Of a stretch of 64,000 bases of DNA, positions 26,470 to 39,838 are shown piece after piece (within the stretch, counting starts at the first letter, position 1; each line of letters begins with the position of its first letter). This stretch comes from Octopus sinensis (lineage: Eukaryota). The notes under the pieces are model-generated. The model was not told where the DNA came from, searched no databases, and saw only the letters and a program-made list of their open reading frames with translations. The position numbers and the translations under genes are program-made. Where the stretch lies: NCBI RefSeq assembly GCF_006345805.1, contig NC_043005.1:75888001-75952000 (forward strand), in the 5' to 3' direction.

Positions 26470-26479
26470 GCTATCTTTC

Positions 26480-26572
<93 letters not shown>

Positions 26573-26669
26573 CGGGAAGCTTTATGAAAATAAACAAAAG
26601 ACGAAGGCAGGTGGAATACAAACAAACAATTGTATTAGTATGCCACTCAGGAATATAAATAAAACAAGT

Positions 26670-26705
26670 CTTTTACGTTTCGAGCCTATGCTCTTCAACA
26701 GAAAG
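26670..26705 (-). ncRNA. Minimal hammerhead motif (family P2)
   Basis: Minus strand CTTT-CTGTTGA-A-GAGC-ATAG-GCTC-GAAA-CGTA-AAAG; all helices intact, core A6 changed to U. Confidence 0.7.
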
Positions 26706-27077
26706 ATACACAGAAAAGAAACATGGAGAGAAACAAGGAGAGAAAAAAAATGCGTGCAGAAGCTAGCGAATATATATATATACATGCTTTGTGCCATGTA
26801 AAAAGCACTATTCACCTCACCTGTACTTGTGCCATGTAAAAAGCACTAAGTCCACTCTGCTGAGTGGTTGGTGTCAGGAAGGGCATCCAGCTGTAAAAAT
26901 CCTGCCAAAACAGTCACAGAAGTTTGGTACAGGCTTCAGCCTAGCCGGCTCTTGTGAAACCATCCAATCAATGCTAGCACGGAAGGCAGACATTAAAAGA
27001 TGATGATGTATATGTGACCTCGTGTGTATCGTAGGCGATTTTCTTTCTCCGTCTTCCCTTCTTTGGACTTTTTCTAT

Positions 27078-27112
27078 ATTTCTGAAGAAGAGCTCTGCTC
27101 GAAATGTGAAAT
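27078..27112 (+). ncRNA. Minimal hammerhead motif (family P2)
   Basis: ATTT-CTGAAGA-A-GAGC-TCT-GCTC-GAAA-TGTG-AAAT; core intact, helix III and cleavage site mutated relative to CGTT. Confidence 0.65.
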
Positions 27113-27197
27113 CCTCTTTCTTTTCTTTCCTTTCCTGAGCGTCCAATAACACTGTACTTATTCTTGCTTGTTCATGTTTGGATTAACTATATATACA

Positions 27198-27234
<37 letters not shown>

Positions 27235-27459
27235 GCAAATTGGTGACAAATGGTGAATTCAAGAACAAAAACAAAAATAACAAAAGTCAAGAGGATGTAT
27301 TACAGTGGACATATTAGTTTGACACTTGCTGAAAATTTTAGATGGAAAATTAAAAAAAAAAAGATAAAATTTCAAGCATGGCTCTTGGTTAGTTAGTAGC
27401 AGAAAGTCCAGAGAGGAAAAGGAAGAAGGAATATTTATTTAGGAGAAAAGGTTGCTGTA

Positions 27460-27686
27460 TATATTTTATTCTTTACTTGTGCCAGACTGTGGCCATACCG
27501 GGGTATTGCCTTAAGGAATAGCTGAATGAAATGACCCAAGTATTTATTTCTTTTTTAAGCCTGGTTCTTATTCTGTCAGTTTTTTTTGCCAAACCACTAA
27601 GTCATGGGGGACAAAAGCAGACCAACACCAGTTATCAGTTGGTGGTGAGGAGCAAACACAGATACAAAGACATACACACACACACA

Positions 27687-27733
<47 letters not shown>

Positions 27734-27870
27734 GATGATGCCCTTCTTTCAGTATCAGTATCTGTTTATCACAAGGCTTTCGTTAGCCCAAGGCTACAGC
27801 AGAAGACACTCACCCAAGGTACCATGCAGTTGGGAAGCAAACTTCTTACCACATGGCCATGCCTGTGCCT
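27460..27870 (-). mobile_element. SINE family A (diverged)
   Basis: Family A body and head on the minus strand. Confidence 0.7.
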
Positions 27871-28619
27871 ATATGTGAATATATATATATATATATTATA
27901 TATATATATATGTGTGTGTGTGTATATACATGCTCAGAATTGCTGAAGTATGGAATAAACTACCCACATCAGTTGTTAGCTGTTGAGACACTACTTCCTT
28001 CAAAACTTCCATGCTTTCTGAAATTCGCCAACAGTACCCCCTGATGGCTTTTTCTTTAGGTGTAGTGAACCTGAGCAGTGTATGCAACAATTTTGTTCAA
28101 AAATTTGTTTCATATATATATATATATATATTATGTAAATATGTGTGTGTCTGTATGCACATATTACTGCTGAAAGTTTTGCTGTTAAACTAGATGTTGA
28201 TGATCAAACAGAATGCACTGGATTGGTAACATATGAGCTATACTTTATGTGTGAAGACATCATAAACCAAACTTTACTGGCCACTCTTCTACTAGAGTTA
28301 TTAACCTTTCCAAAACTGATCTAAGTATCGTTAGTAAATTATATTAGATTCTATCATTTCTAAAACCGGGGTTAAATCACTTTTATCTCTTTGAAATTAT
28401 TAAAATTCAATAAAACAATGATTTAATACTAACCTGTATAAAAAGGAAAAAGCACCATTTCTACCAATTTGTCATAAAAGATTATTATATAACAATCATT
28501 GAGCCTATACTAACAGCTGCATTAACCAAGCAAAATCAATTATGTTTCTAACAGACACAGACAGTGACCATATATTAGAAACTAGAAAATCAATTTGCTT
28601 CTACGATAATTTTATTTAG

Positions 28620-28699
28620 ATTAAGAAACAAAGTGATGTGTTCTATGATGTCTGCAAGTGTACAAGAGACTCAGATGACTTCAGTGATATTGTTTTATT
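28620..28699 (+). CDS. Candidate host-gene exon (IKKQSDVFYDVCKCTRDSDDFSDIVL)
   Basis: ataattttatttag acceptor, TT|gtatgt donor, 80 nt, phase 0 to 2; fits the flanking candidate exons. Confidence 0.45.
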
Positions 28700-29479
28700 G
28701 TATGTCTTAAGTGTATTACATGAAAAACTTCTTGTCTCTGATAGTTTATTTCCAAATTATGGTTTGTTATTATTACCTAATTTCAACTTCCAAGCTACTG
28801 AGAAATTCCATAAGAAACTCTAATTTTTTTGTAAGTAGTTTTCTCTGTTAAAGCTGAAGTTACTAAATTTCTTGATGTCATGTTTAACTTTGACAACTTG
28901 CAGCATGTAACTCAAGAAAAAAAAAAGCAAACTAAAAGACTAAGAAAAGTCTTTGTATTAATAATGATTTCAAATTTTGGCACAAGGCCAGCAATTTTGG
29001 GGAAAGGTAAGTCAATTACATCGCTCCAGTGTTCAACTGGCACTTATTTCATCGACCGAAAAAGGGTGAAATGCAAAGTTGACCTTGACAGAATTTTGAA
29101 CTCAGAACGTGAAGACAGATAAAATGTTGTTATGCATTTTGTCTGGCATTCTAATGAATCTGCCAGCCCACCGCCTTAATCTTTATACTCATATTAAATT
29201 AAAAAATCATACAATCAACTCAATTGTGTTTCTGAGGATTTAATTGAGATTGCATCCATAATACTATCTATTTGGTCATCAAGGAACAAATTTCTAATCA
29301 AACCTCTAACTCTTACAATGGCAATAATATGAAAGAGGCTAAATCAGCTTAGCAGAAACAGACTAAATAGAACTGTCTACAGAAAAAAATATTGAATATT
29401 ACCTGAACAGAGTTTTAACATATGAAATATATAAAGAGCTCATGTAGTATGTATAAGAATATCTTAGCCAAACCATTAA

Positions 29480-29760
29480 ACTGATGAAGTATTCCAACAA
29501 ACAGATACAAAAAAATTCTTTACTTTCAACTATTAAAAAAAGGGAACTAAAGTACTTTGGTCTCACAGTAAGAGCACAAGGGATACAAATACTAGAAGAA
29601 AAGATCAATGGAAAAGACCTAGAACAAACTGGTTTGATAACATCAAGGACTGGACTAATCTGTCATATAGTGAATGTGTAAGAACGACAGACAAAAGACC
29701 TGAATGGAAATCTTTGATATTAAACCTGATGAAAGCAGATTGAATCTGATGATGATAATG
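29480..29760 (+). pseudogene. RTE-clade LINE 3' fragment
   Basis: SLLSTIKKRELKYFGLTVRAQG..EEKINGK / PRTNWFDNIKDWTNL...W, a typical RTE RT C-terminus; (GAT)n tail. Confidence 0.7.
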
Positions 29761-29764
29761 AATA

Positions 29765-30480
29765 TGTCATCATATTGTCTTAAATGTTCATTTAGTCTCT
29801 CTGCAATGTTTCTAGATGTCTCACCAATGTATGTCGTGTTCTTGTCTTTACAAGCACCCTCTATGCACCTCATGCTGTAGACAACATTTCTAGTTCTAGA
29901 GTTAATGCCAGGGTTAATCTTACATACCATACAGTTCTCAGTGGTGCATGCAGTATTCTTAAAGGGGCATGCCCTACATAATTGTGATCTGATGGAGCTC
30001 CTTGGTTTTTCAACTATCTTAATGTTGCATTTGATAGTCTTCAGAACTTTCCTAAATCTTCAGGCTAGTCCTCCATAGGCTGTGGCCTCTACAAACATCA
30101 CTCCTTGATATTTGTCGGCCTTGTACCATGTGTTCACTCTGTTTGCTTTGTCACAAACACTTTGTATCCTATTCCAGTCTTTACTTCTGTATCTAGGGCA
30201 GGTACCACTGGTTTCATTACTTATAATGTTATCTAACTTCTTTCTAGCTCCTCTGTATACTTGAACCCTATCTTTCTGATCATATCCAGAGGACAGCATG
30301 TGGTGCACGAAGTTCTGCACATGTTTCTTTGTTTCATAGGGTTCACATAGTGGGGACATGTTGTTCATTATCCTAAGTCTGCTGTGAATATTTCATGGAA
30401 CTAATGGTAAACTTGTTGGGTTATTCCTGAAAACTTTATCCAGAAAATCTGAAAGCATAACCTGTGTTGTGCCTGTATCA
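29765..30480 (-). mobile_element. Penelope-like element fragment (post-RT linker and GIY-YIG endonuclease)
   Basis: ORF 29655-29930 has NVVYSMRC...YIGETSRNIAERLNEH (GIY-YIG); upstream ORF 30060-30368 (RIMNNMSP...MLSSGY) resembles the PLE post-RT region; frameshifted. Confidence 0.8.
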
Positions 30481-31165
30481 AAGAATAGTCGTCCGTCAGC
30501 TAATCATTAAAAAGTGAAGGAAATTGGAATATGATGATTAATTAATGCACTTTATATATACACTTTATATACTTTATGCACAATTTTATAGACTTAATAT
30601 ACAACACTATCCCTGTTTCTCTCTCACTCTTTGCCTTACCCTCTTTTTCTTTCTCCTTTTCCTTTCGTTCTTTGCTTTTCCCTTCAACTGGTCATATGAA
30701 AGTGTTACAGATGGGCAAAGTAGCGGAGGCAAAAAAACTTAGTTAAATAGAGAAGAAATTACACATTTCACTCACCACCATCCATCCCTACCCCTCCCCT
30801 CACCACCCTCCCGTTCCTACCCTTCAACTAATTACTGAAAGCATTACGGATAGGCTAAGCAATGGAGTGACAAGCAGAATTATTATAAGATTCTGTTTCA
30901 TTTTCATCTCCATACAACTACTTTTAACATAGAAGCTCATTGTTACTCACTGCAATATTGTATTTTCACTAACAGCCAGAGCATTTTTAATTATTATATA
31001 GAAGCAGGCATGGCTCTGCGGCTAAGTAGCTTGCTTCCCAACCACGTGGTCTTGGTTTCAGTCCCAGAGTGTAGCACCTTGGGCAAATGTCTTCTACTAG
31101 AGCCCAGAGTTGGCTAAAGACTACATGGATTTGGTAGACAGAAACTGAAAGAAGCCCATCATATA

Positions 31166-31202
<37 letters not shown>

Positions 31203-32368
31203 ATGCATGTGTGTGTGTGCATGTGTGTGTGCGTGCGCACATGTGTGTGTGTGTGTGTGTACCTTTGTCTTGATATTCTCTGGCGTTTGTAAATTAATAA
31301 ATTAACATCATCATACAAATGATGTTGATCATTTCCAGTCTTCCATGAAAACAAGTCTGACCACAGGGAAATATTACCTTGCTTGGAAATAGACAAGTGT
31401 TGACAACAGCAAGAGCATCCAGCTGTAGTAAATCTTCTCTAACAAACCCCATCAGATCCATGGATGTATAGAAAATTAGACATTAAATTATGATGATGAT
31501 ATTGATGCTGCTGATGTATGTAGTTTCACTAATTTGTATCAATATCCAAGAGAAACTATACAAAATTTCCAATATACTCAGAACTTTGATTATTGCAAAT
31601 TTCCATCTTTTACTCCATTCATTTAAATGTCAATAGTCTTAAACCTAATGACAGTGTATGTGTCCCTCTGGTCATTATTTAATTATTATATTAGCAACTC
31701 ACACATTCCTGTCAAATCAGCAATTTATGAAAGTCTATGAAATATACATCACTACAATTAATTTTTTTTCAGCAACTAGTTTTCAGCCACCTCTAATTTA
31801 ACAATTTAACTAATAATTATTTCCCATTATTTAATGACATTCAATTATTTCTACCCAATAATTACTTCAGATTTTTCAGTGACATCTTTATATTTATCTC
31901 TTTGTATATGGAAGCTAGTACAAGGTTAAGGGCAAAACTTCTTAATCTTATTTATTTGTTCTCAACCAGTTCTTGATATCAGATAATCTTCAATTATCAA
32001 GCTTATATTCCAAAGTATTTACTTTCACACCTTGCTTTTTAATTTGTTATTCCACATATTATAATATATTGCATTTGATTTAATTATTCCACTGTTCCAA
32101 CGTACAATAAATGATTTTATTTCACACATACATTCATATTATCAGTTTACACAACCCTGTAAAATGTGATATCTTAGAATATGCATGTTTAATTTTTTTC
32201 ATTATTGACTATCCATATTACTGAATATATTGTTTCTTTGCACGAAAGCTAAAAGGTTAAAATTCTGCTAGCTATGCCAATCTCCTTGTCATTTTTAATA
32301 TAGATATTTTATACATATGCACACACATGCACACAGGGGAGAAAGATATATATGCATATAGCTATACA

Positions 32369-32402
<34 letters not shown>

Positions 32403-32544
32403 CATATGTATATAAGGTGGGCCAAAAGTCACACACCAATATCAAAACTCATTTAGAGTATATATTTCTAAAGTTGAAAAAATGTCAATAAAATAATTGA
32501 AAATAGACATGTACTTGTACATGATGAACAAAATAAATAACAAG

Positions 32545-32632
32545 AGTAATTATAATAATAATAATTATAATAATAATAATAATAATAATAACAATAATAA
32601 TAATAATAATAATGATAATAATAATAATAATG

Positions 32633-32667
<35 letters not shown>

Positions 32668-32668
32668 T
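32545..32668. repeat. (AAT)n microsatellite
   Basis: Trinucleotide array abutting the R4-like 5' fragment. Confidence 0.95.
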
Positions 32669-33010
32669 TTTGCGGTGTGTCTCTCTTGAGATGGCCTACC
32701 TAATGCATAGTAATAAGCGTATATTACTTCTTTATACTCTTCTTGGGTCCATTTGTTCCGCTTACATTTTTCTTTCTGTGGTGGTTGTGGTGGTGAACTT
32801 GGAGGGCTCGAGTTGGGGAATTTCCCGTTCAAGTGACCATCCATGTCCGTATTCGGAGAAGAGTTTGTGCCAGTTGATGACTTTTCGATCCCAGGCTGGC
32901 TCTTCCCTGGGGGACACGCTTCCAGATTAACCATAGGACAAGCGATTTGGTATACTGATTTAGTTTTCCTTTTAGTTTCCAAAAACATTTTGGTGCTACG
33001 ATAATGTTAT
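32669..33010 (-). mobile_element. Probable R4/Dong-like element 5' fragment (ORF N-terminus)
   Basis: KRNKWTQEEYKEVIYAYYYAL resembles the KWT..E...V..CY N-terminal motif of R4/Dong ORFs; truncated at the microsatellite. Confidence 0.55.
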
Positions 33011-33599
33011 CATTTTTGAGCTTTGAGTGGCTTGTGGGGAGACGGCCATCATTGCTGTTACAAATATAATATTACCATTATAGCAGCTGTAGCCGGCTTA
33101 TTATTGTTATTATCATCACCATTATTATCACTATTATTATTATCACCACTATTACATTCATTATTATCATCATCACCATTACCATCATCATCATCATCAT
33201 CAATGATATTGTTTTATGTGTAGTCACAGCAGTATCTTATTATTGTTATTTTTGTTTTTATCATTATCACCATCACAGTACGTTGGCAGTGGGTTGAGTT
33301 GTGTGTCTGTCTGTCTCGTTGGCTGGCTGGCTGTCTTCAACGCCAGAATTCTTGCCTGGCAGATGATACTTTCATATTTGGTTAACATCTAGAGTGAACG
33401 TGAGGTTTGTGTTGGCTGAACTCTGTGTCAGGAGAGGTCAAACTTGTTTTTTTTTGAAGAGCAGTTCAGCTTGTTATATTTGTAATTAATGGTAGGAAGA
33501 GAAAAAGAGACTATGTATATATATATACCCACACACACATGTATATGTATATGTGTACTCACACACACATATGTATATGTATACTCACACACACATATG

Positions 33600-34430
33600 T
33601 TAGTTAGTTAGTTAGTTAGTTAATTTTTGGCTCGAAAAGCAAAAAGCAAGGCCATGTAGGGGGACATGGAGTTATATACAGGGTGGTGTTCATGTAAAGA
33701 GTTCAGGCCACTTGTGGTCAAAGGAGACTTTGAACCGAGCGGTCGTCGGCATCCTCACCATCTCGTTCAGCAGCTTATTCCACGGATCTGCAACCCAGAC
33801 GGAGAAAGCCCCTCTCCTTCAATTGAGATGAAATCGTCGCAGATAGAGCTTTTCGGAATGACACCGCAGCCGATGCTCTGGAAGAACAGCTCTTTCGAGA
33901 GGTTACACTTTCTGCTTATGATGTTGTGAGCAAGAATGAGATCACCACGGCGTCGTCGTTTTTCTAGAGAATAAAGGTCGAGCGTCTTCAGACTTTCTTC
34001 ATCAGACAAATTCTTGAGACCAAGAACCCTGCAGGTAGCCAGCTTCTGGACTCTTTCAAGATGCTGTATGTCTTTGAGGAGATAAGGAGAAGAGGCTTGA
34101 ATCCCGTACTCCAATATGGGTCTCACCAGCGTGACTTAGAGTGGTAGGAATATGGCTGCTGTGAGCATTCCGAATAACCGTCGAATCAAGAACAGAACTC
34201 CGCATGCTTTGCTGGCAGCATGGACGCACTGGGCCGAAGGCGAAAAGGAGGAATTCACCAAGATACCCAGGTCCTTTACCTGATCGGTCCTCTCCAGCAG
34301 CAGACGACCCGGCTCAAAATCAAGTTGAGTTGCAGGAGGAGAGCCAACAGGCAGATGACAGCACTTTGACACGTTCAGACACAGGTCCCATTCATTAGAC
34401 CATCTCCAAATTTGGTGGAGGCATCGACTA
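33600..34430 (-). mobile_element. 5'-truncated CR1/L2-type LINE (RT C-terminus, 3' UTR, (TAAC)n tail)
   Basis: WSNEWDLCLNVSKC...VKDLGILV...VRPILEYGIQASSPYLLKDIQHLERVQKLAT...LEKRRRRGDLI; one in-frame stop; tetranucleotide tail at about 33600-33622. Confidence 0.9.
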
Positions 34431-34889
34431 CTCACACACACATATTATCTGATATTCACGTTGAATTTCTGAATTCAATTGTATGTATATATTTTTTTTA
34501 ATTTCTGAAGTCAATCGTTTGTATATATTAGCAGGTGCTTACTTCCATAATTTTTTATCGTGCATTTAATTGTGTTGTTACAATAAAAGGCAATTTTACA
34601 TACTCTGATAATCGAGGAAGAAGGGATGACAAAATGTTCACACAAAATTGGAGATGTTTATGTTTATAATTTTTTTGGTAGGTGTTTGTTTGTATGTCCT
34701 AAGCTGTAGATATGTAAGTTCCTTAACTTATTTTGAAGGAAATTCAAATTACTCACAGAAAACAGATCTTCCAGTTTTTTTACAGTTGTTTTTTTCAGTT
34801 GTCCTTCTGGGTTAGCTGCTGGCAGGTCAGAGCAGCGAAAAAATACATCCAGCTTCTGTCACGTCTAGCCGAAAAAAAAAAAAGCGCAC

Positions 34890-35851
34890 GAGTAATTGGC
34901 TGATAGGTGGGAGGAGAAACCTCTGCACGGCAAATATGTGGCCCGTAGCAAACAAGCTGATGTTGACTAGAAGCAAACCCATCAGTGGCTACGGAGCTCA
35001 GGGCTAAAAGCAGAGAGCGAAGGTTTCATCCTGGCTGCACAAGATCAAAGCCTATTAACCCGGAACTACCAGGCCAATGTGATTAAAAATGGAGCAGACC
35101 CAAAATGCCGATTCTGCAACGACATGATTGAAACAGTGGACCACCTAATCTCTGGATGTAAAGTCTTAGCACCAGTGGAGTATAAATTAAGACATGACAG
35201 AGTTGGCCAATATCTACACTGGCTAATAAGTCGGCATTACAATATCAAAACTGCCGACAAGTGGTATAATCACCACCCTGAAGCTGTAACTGAAAGAGAA
35301 AATGTAATGATTCTGTGGGACTTTCCAGTACATACAGACCGAACCATCAAAGCCAATAAACTGGATATTGTTGTGAAAGACCAAAACAATAAAGTTTGCT
35401 TATTGATCGACATGAGCATCCCCTGTGATCATAATATCTCGGTGAAAGAGTTTGACAAGCTCAGAAAATATAAAGACCTGCTTATTGAAATTGAGAAAAT
35501 GTGGCATCTCAAGGCGGTTACAATACCAGTGATCGTAGGAGCACTAGGAATGATCAAGAAGGGAACCGAAAATTATATGAGAATGATCCCTGGCTTACCA
35601 TCCCTGCAAGAAGTGCAAAAGATTGTCTTAACTGGTACATCACACGTATTGAGAAGAGCATTGTTGATGTGAGAACTTTTACTACCCATGTATTTTAATT
35701 TAACTTTAAAAAAAAAAATGAACGAACTAGTGAGTTTAGTTTAATGGCCTACCAATGTATACTATGAGTTTATTTGCCCTAGGAGTCGGGAAGACACTCG
35801 GCAAGAAATGGAAGCAAATTTGAAAGAAGAAAAAAGTTAACAATAATAATG

Positions 35852-35882
<31 letters not shown>

Positions 35883-35910
35883 CAACAACAACAACAACAA
35901 TAATAACAAT
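34890..35910 (+). mobile_element. 5'-truncated R4/Dong-clade non-LTR retrotransposon (CCHC knuckle and RLE endonuclease)
   Basis: HGKY...LKAESEGFILAAQDQ, CRFC...ETVDHLISGC, RHD, KLDIVV...LIDMSIP...K..KY, VIVGALG; ORF 35079-35672 is open but has an upstream in-frame stop; 3' UTR is followed by (AAT)n/(AAC)n. Confidence 0.92.
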
Positions 35911-36872
35911 AAAAGCAGTAGCTCTCCTGGCTTCTAATCTTAACTGATTGGAAGTATTATCATGTACATTGTTTTGTCTTTGTATAAAAGATGGGCTACA
36001 GCAAATATTCTGCTCAATACCACAGATTTGCTTGTCAGTTGTTTGACCTTAACCAGTTGACCATGTCTCTTATTGGCTGACAATATGTGTATCTCTGATC
36101 ACGAGCAGAAGTAGTTGGGGAGCATCATAGTTGTGTGTTGAAAGGAATTCTTAGAGGTTTGGATAATTCAGCTTTGGAATCATGGATGGTTCGTTAAACA
36201 ATCCTTATTCAGGGACCTTTCGAGTGGGATGGGCTACTCGACCAGAAGAAATTTTTAACTGGGCTCCACCTGCAAGGTTATGCGCTGTTTATCTTGATAT
36301 AAGATCACCATGTCATGCACATATGGTCGGGATGCATGTGCCAAGTGTACCCTTATCAGATGGGTAGTCACGATGGGTATACTGGGCTTCGTATATTTTA
36401 CCCCAGTGTCACTTTGATGGCTCTCTCACACAATAATAATAATTCTTGCTATTATAGGCACACAAGGCCTGAAATTTTGGGGGAGGGGTTAAGTTGATTA
36501 TATCAACCCCAGTACACAACTGGTACTTAATTTATTGATGCCAAGTGTTTTGGTGCATAACTTCTGGTCCACCCTGTATAAATTTGCTAAATGGAAGCTG
36601 AAAGAAGCTCATCATAGGCCTCCCCTTTGAGAAACACTGATTTAGCCTAAATTTGAGACACCAGCAAAAGGCAAATTTCGACTGATGTACTTGTGTGTAC
36701 AAATGCATTTCCCACAGCTTTATCGATCGCATTCTCACCTGTAATCGATTTTTGTAATTTTTTCAAGACTTATACACGCCCTGATACCATCGGTTATCTT
36801 CATATCAAATTTGAGCGCAATCGGATGGAGGATGCTCGAGATCCTAGAAGCCACACACACAGACAGAACAGA

Positions 36873-37233
36873 CTAGCACTATTACCCAGCAACGCCTGGT
36901 CATAGTGCTAGTGCATGCATATACAGCTGCATGCATGTGCACATACACGTGAGTACTGCCCAAATCTCCACCCAATCACATACAGCTAGCTGGCATTCAA
37001 TTGGCGTATCAAGTTCTGGGCATTTTGATTGGGTTTTGGATAGAAAATTCACAAAAAATCACTCCTATTGATTTTTTAATGGCTTTGCGGGGTGACTGGG
37101 GAAATGTAAAGATGTGCACGACCACCCTTGGACGGTTTTGAATAACCATAGAAAGTGCAAGCCCTCTAACTGAAAAATTGTGGATTTGTATAAAGGACAC
37201 ACACACAGACATTTTACTGTTTATATATAGAGA
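36873..37233 (-). mobile_element. Non-autonomous Helitron-like element
   Basis: Minus-strand start A|TCTCTATATATA at 37233; minus-strand 3' hairpin ccaggcgttgctggg followed by CTAG|T ending at 36873. Confidence 0.5.
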
Positions 37234-37289
37234 TACGCTAAGTGTTTTGGTGCATAACTTCTGGTCCACCCTGTATAAATAGTAGTAAT

Positions 37290-37700
37290 AGCACAAATCA
37301 GTGATGAGCTCATTAGTTTTTTTGAGTCCAAGTGAGGGCACTGCTGAGCTGATAGGAGTGTATTGACAATTTCCACCATGAGTAAGAATTATTTTCTCTA
37401 CAGTAAACTGCAGTGAAATTGCCTTAGAAGTTAAAATACGTTGCAAACATATTTGAACTAACCTTTGAGCAAACAGCCTTGGAGCAAACAGAATGGAGAT
37501 CATCATGTCAAAATGGTATAAGAAACTTTGTTGCAACCAGCATTAACAGGCTTAGGGGTGCAAGGCAAAGGAGAAAAATGGCTGGAAATATAATGCTTGC
37601 ACTGACCCGTAATCCTCATACTTGCAAATCTTTGCAAATTGTTGGCAGGACACAAATGTCACATTCGACATATGCATTATGACTGACAAAGAAAGCATAG
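37290..37700 (+). pseudogene. Decayed RTE/BovB-like LINE C-terminal fragment
   Basis: ANIFELTFEQTALEQTEWRSSCQNGIRNF...RLRGARQRRK resembles the RTE C-terminal region. Confidence 0.55.
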
Positions 37701-37748
37701 GTTGTCAGATTCTCATACATTAAAACCAATGGGAGAATCCATTATTAT

Positions 37749-37806
<58 letters not shown>

Positions 37807-38284
37807 TGTACATACTTATATGTTCATACTTACACCTTACACATACAGGACATCAAAAAAACGTTGAACACAATGAAAAACGAAAACATAAAAACAAAAA
37901 CATAGAAACAAGCTTTTTTTCCTGAACAACGAAAAAGAACAGAGAAATGAGACATGCAACATATATATATATATAATAATAGTAGGGAATATAATTCCAA
38001 AACTTACAGAGAAAAATTTAATTTAACAATTATAAATCAAATTTCACAATATATAATATATGTATTTAATTTAGAGAAAAACTATGTATGAATACAAGTA
38101 AGTAATCTTTATCTCCAATTTAACATGGCAGTTGGGTTAGAACACAAAATGCTGCTTTATTTATCCTGAGAGGACCTCTCATTTGAACTTGTAGAACAAA
38201 AGTATTTTTATGCATCTCAAGTCCATATGAGATGCCCTCTCAAGGTAAATATTGTAGTATTTTCTGTTCCATGTTAAGATGGAG

Positions 38285-38340
<56 letters not shown>

Positions 38341-38389
38341 TATATAATATATATATATATATAGATATATATATATATAGATAGATAGG

Positions 38390-38430
<41 letters not shown>

Positions 38431-38455
38431 GGATATATGTATACGTATTTATATA

Positions 38456-38653
38456 CAGGGTGGCCCAAATGTAGGTTTACAGCTATCATGTAGGCACTTT
38501 AAATTTCTTTTAAAACATTTTATTACATCTATATTTTTATCTTACAATTAACTAAATTAGCACAGAATAATGGTTTCATATTTTTTTAATAATTAATATA
38601 TGAATGCAAAAGAGATAGCTTAATAACTGTAAACCTACATTTGGGCCATCCTG
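38456..38653. mobile_element. Tc1/mariner-type MITE, 198 bp
   Basis: 27-bp TIRs cagggtggcccaaatgtaggtttacag / ctgtaaacctacatttgggccatcctg (1 mismatch); TA on both flanks. Confidence 0.9.
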
Positions 38654-38716
<63 letters not shown>

Positions 38717-39244
38717 ATATATATATATATATCTCTTATTATAAAAGGCAGATTTTATCTGCCTCCCTTTGGGAGTTATACAAATCTACAATATAGGATT
38801 TCTTCAATTACAATTTACCTTGCATTTTTGAGAGTACAATGCATCGCGTCATGCCAGGTCCAGTTTTTAAAATTTAAACTCCAGTTAAGCAAAATTTACA
38901 GAAAACTCATATTCTGGTGTGTGTGTCAAATGCTTTTCTTAGTCTGGTTTACAGCACACGCAAACGCACACACACAGTGGGCAACGAATAAAATGAAAGT
39001 AATTGACTTACTGTAGTGAGTGATTCTTTCACTCTGCCTCCCACTTCCTCTTTCCACACAGACACGCAAATATATAAATAAAATTGTAAGCTAACGTGCG
39101 TGTGTGTGAGTGGGTGTGTGTGGGTGTGCACGTGTGTGTGTGTGAGGGTGCGCGTGTGTGTGTGTGTGTGTGTGCGTGTGCGTGAGTGTGTGACAGGAAA
39201 GTTTTTTTACGACGAATATAACACCTATATCCAAGTAGCAGAAA

Positions 39245-39838
39245 GATAAGACAGTAAGGTGTGATTTGAGGGAGATTTGGCTGCTATTTCTACCATGTCT
39301 AGCTGCCATGTAGGGGTCTCCCTCATAGGCTCATACATACATATATACATAGATAAGACAGTAAGGTGTGATTTGGGGGAAATTTGGCTGCTATTTCTAC
39401 CAGGTCTAGCTGCCATGTAGGGGTCTCCCTCATAGGCTCATACATACATATATACATAGATAAGACAGTAAGGTGTGATTTGGGGGAAATTTGGCTGCTA
39501 TTTCTACCATGTCTAGCTGCCATGTAGGGGTCTCCCTCATAGGCTCATACATATATACATAGATAAGACAGTAAGGTGTGATTTGGGGGAAATTTGGCTG
39601 CTATTTCTACCAGGTCTAGCTACCATGTAGCTGCCATGTAGGGGTCTCCCTCATAGGCTCATACATACATATATACATAGATAAGACAGTAAGGTGTGAT
39701 TTGGGGGAAATTTGGCTGCTATTTCTACCAGGTCTAGCTACCATGTAGAGGTCCTCCTCATTGGCTCATATATATATACATACATAAGACAGTAAGGTGT
39801 GATTTGAGGGAGATTTGGCTGCTGTTTCTACCAGGTCT
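39245..39838 (+). repeat. Tandem array of a 103-118 bp unit, about 5.6 copies
   Basis: Units start near 39245, 39352, 39459, 39562, 39680 and 39783 (gataagacagtaaggtgtgatttg...); one unit carries an 11-bp internal duplication. Confidence 0.95.

Noticed and set aside
39245-39838. CRISPR-like array
   Set aside because: Eukaryotic context; the units are wholly repeated with no unique spacers and no cas genes.
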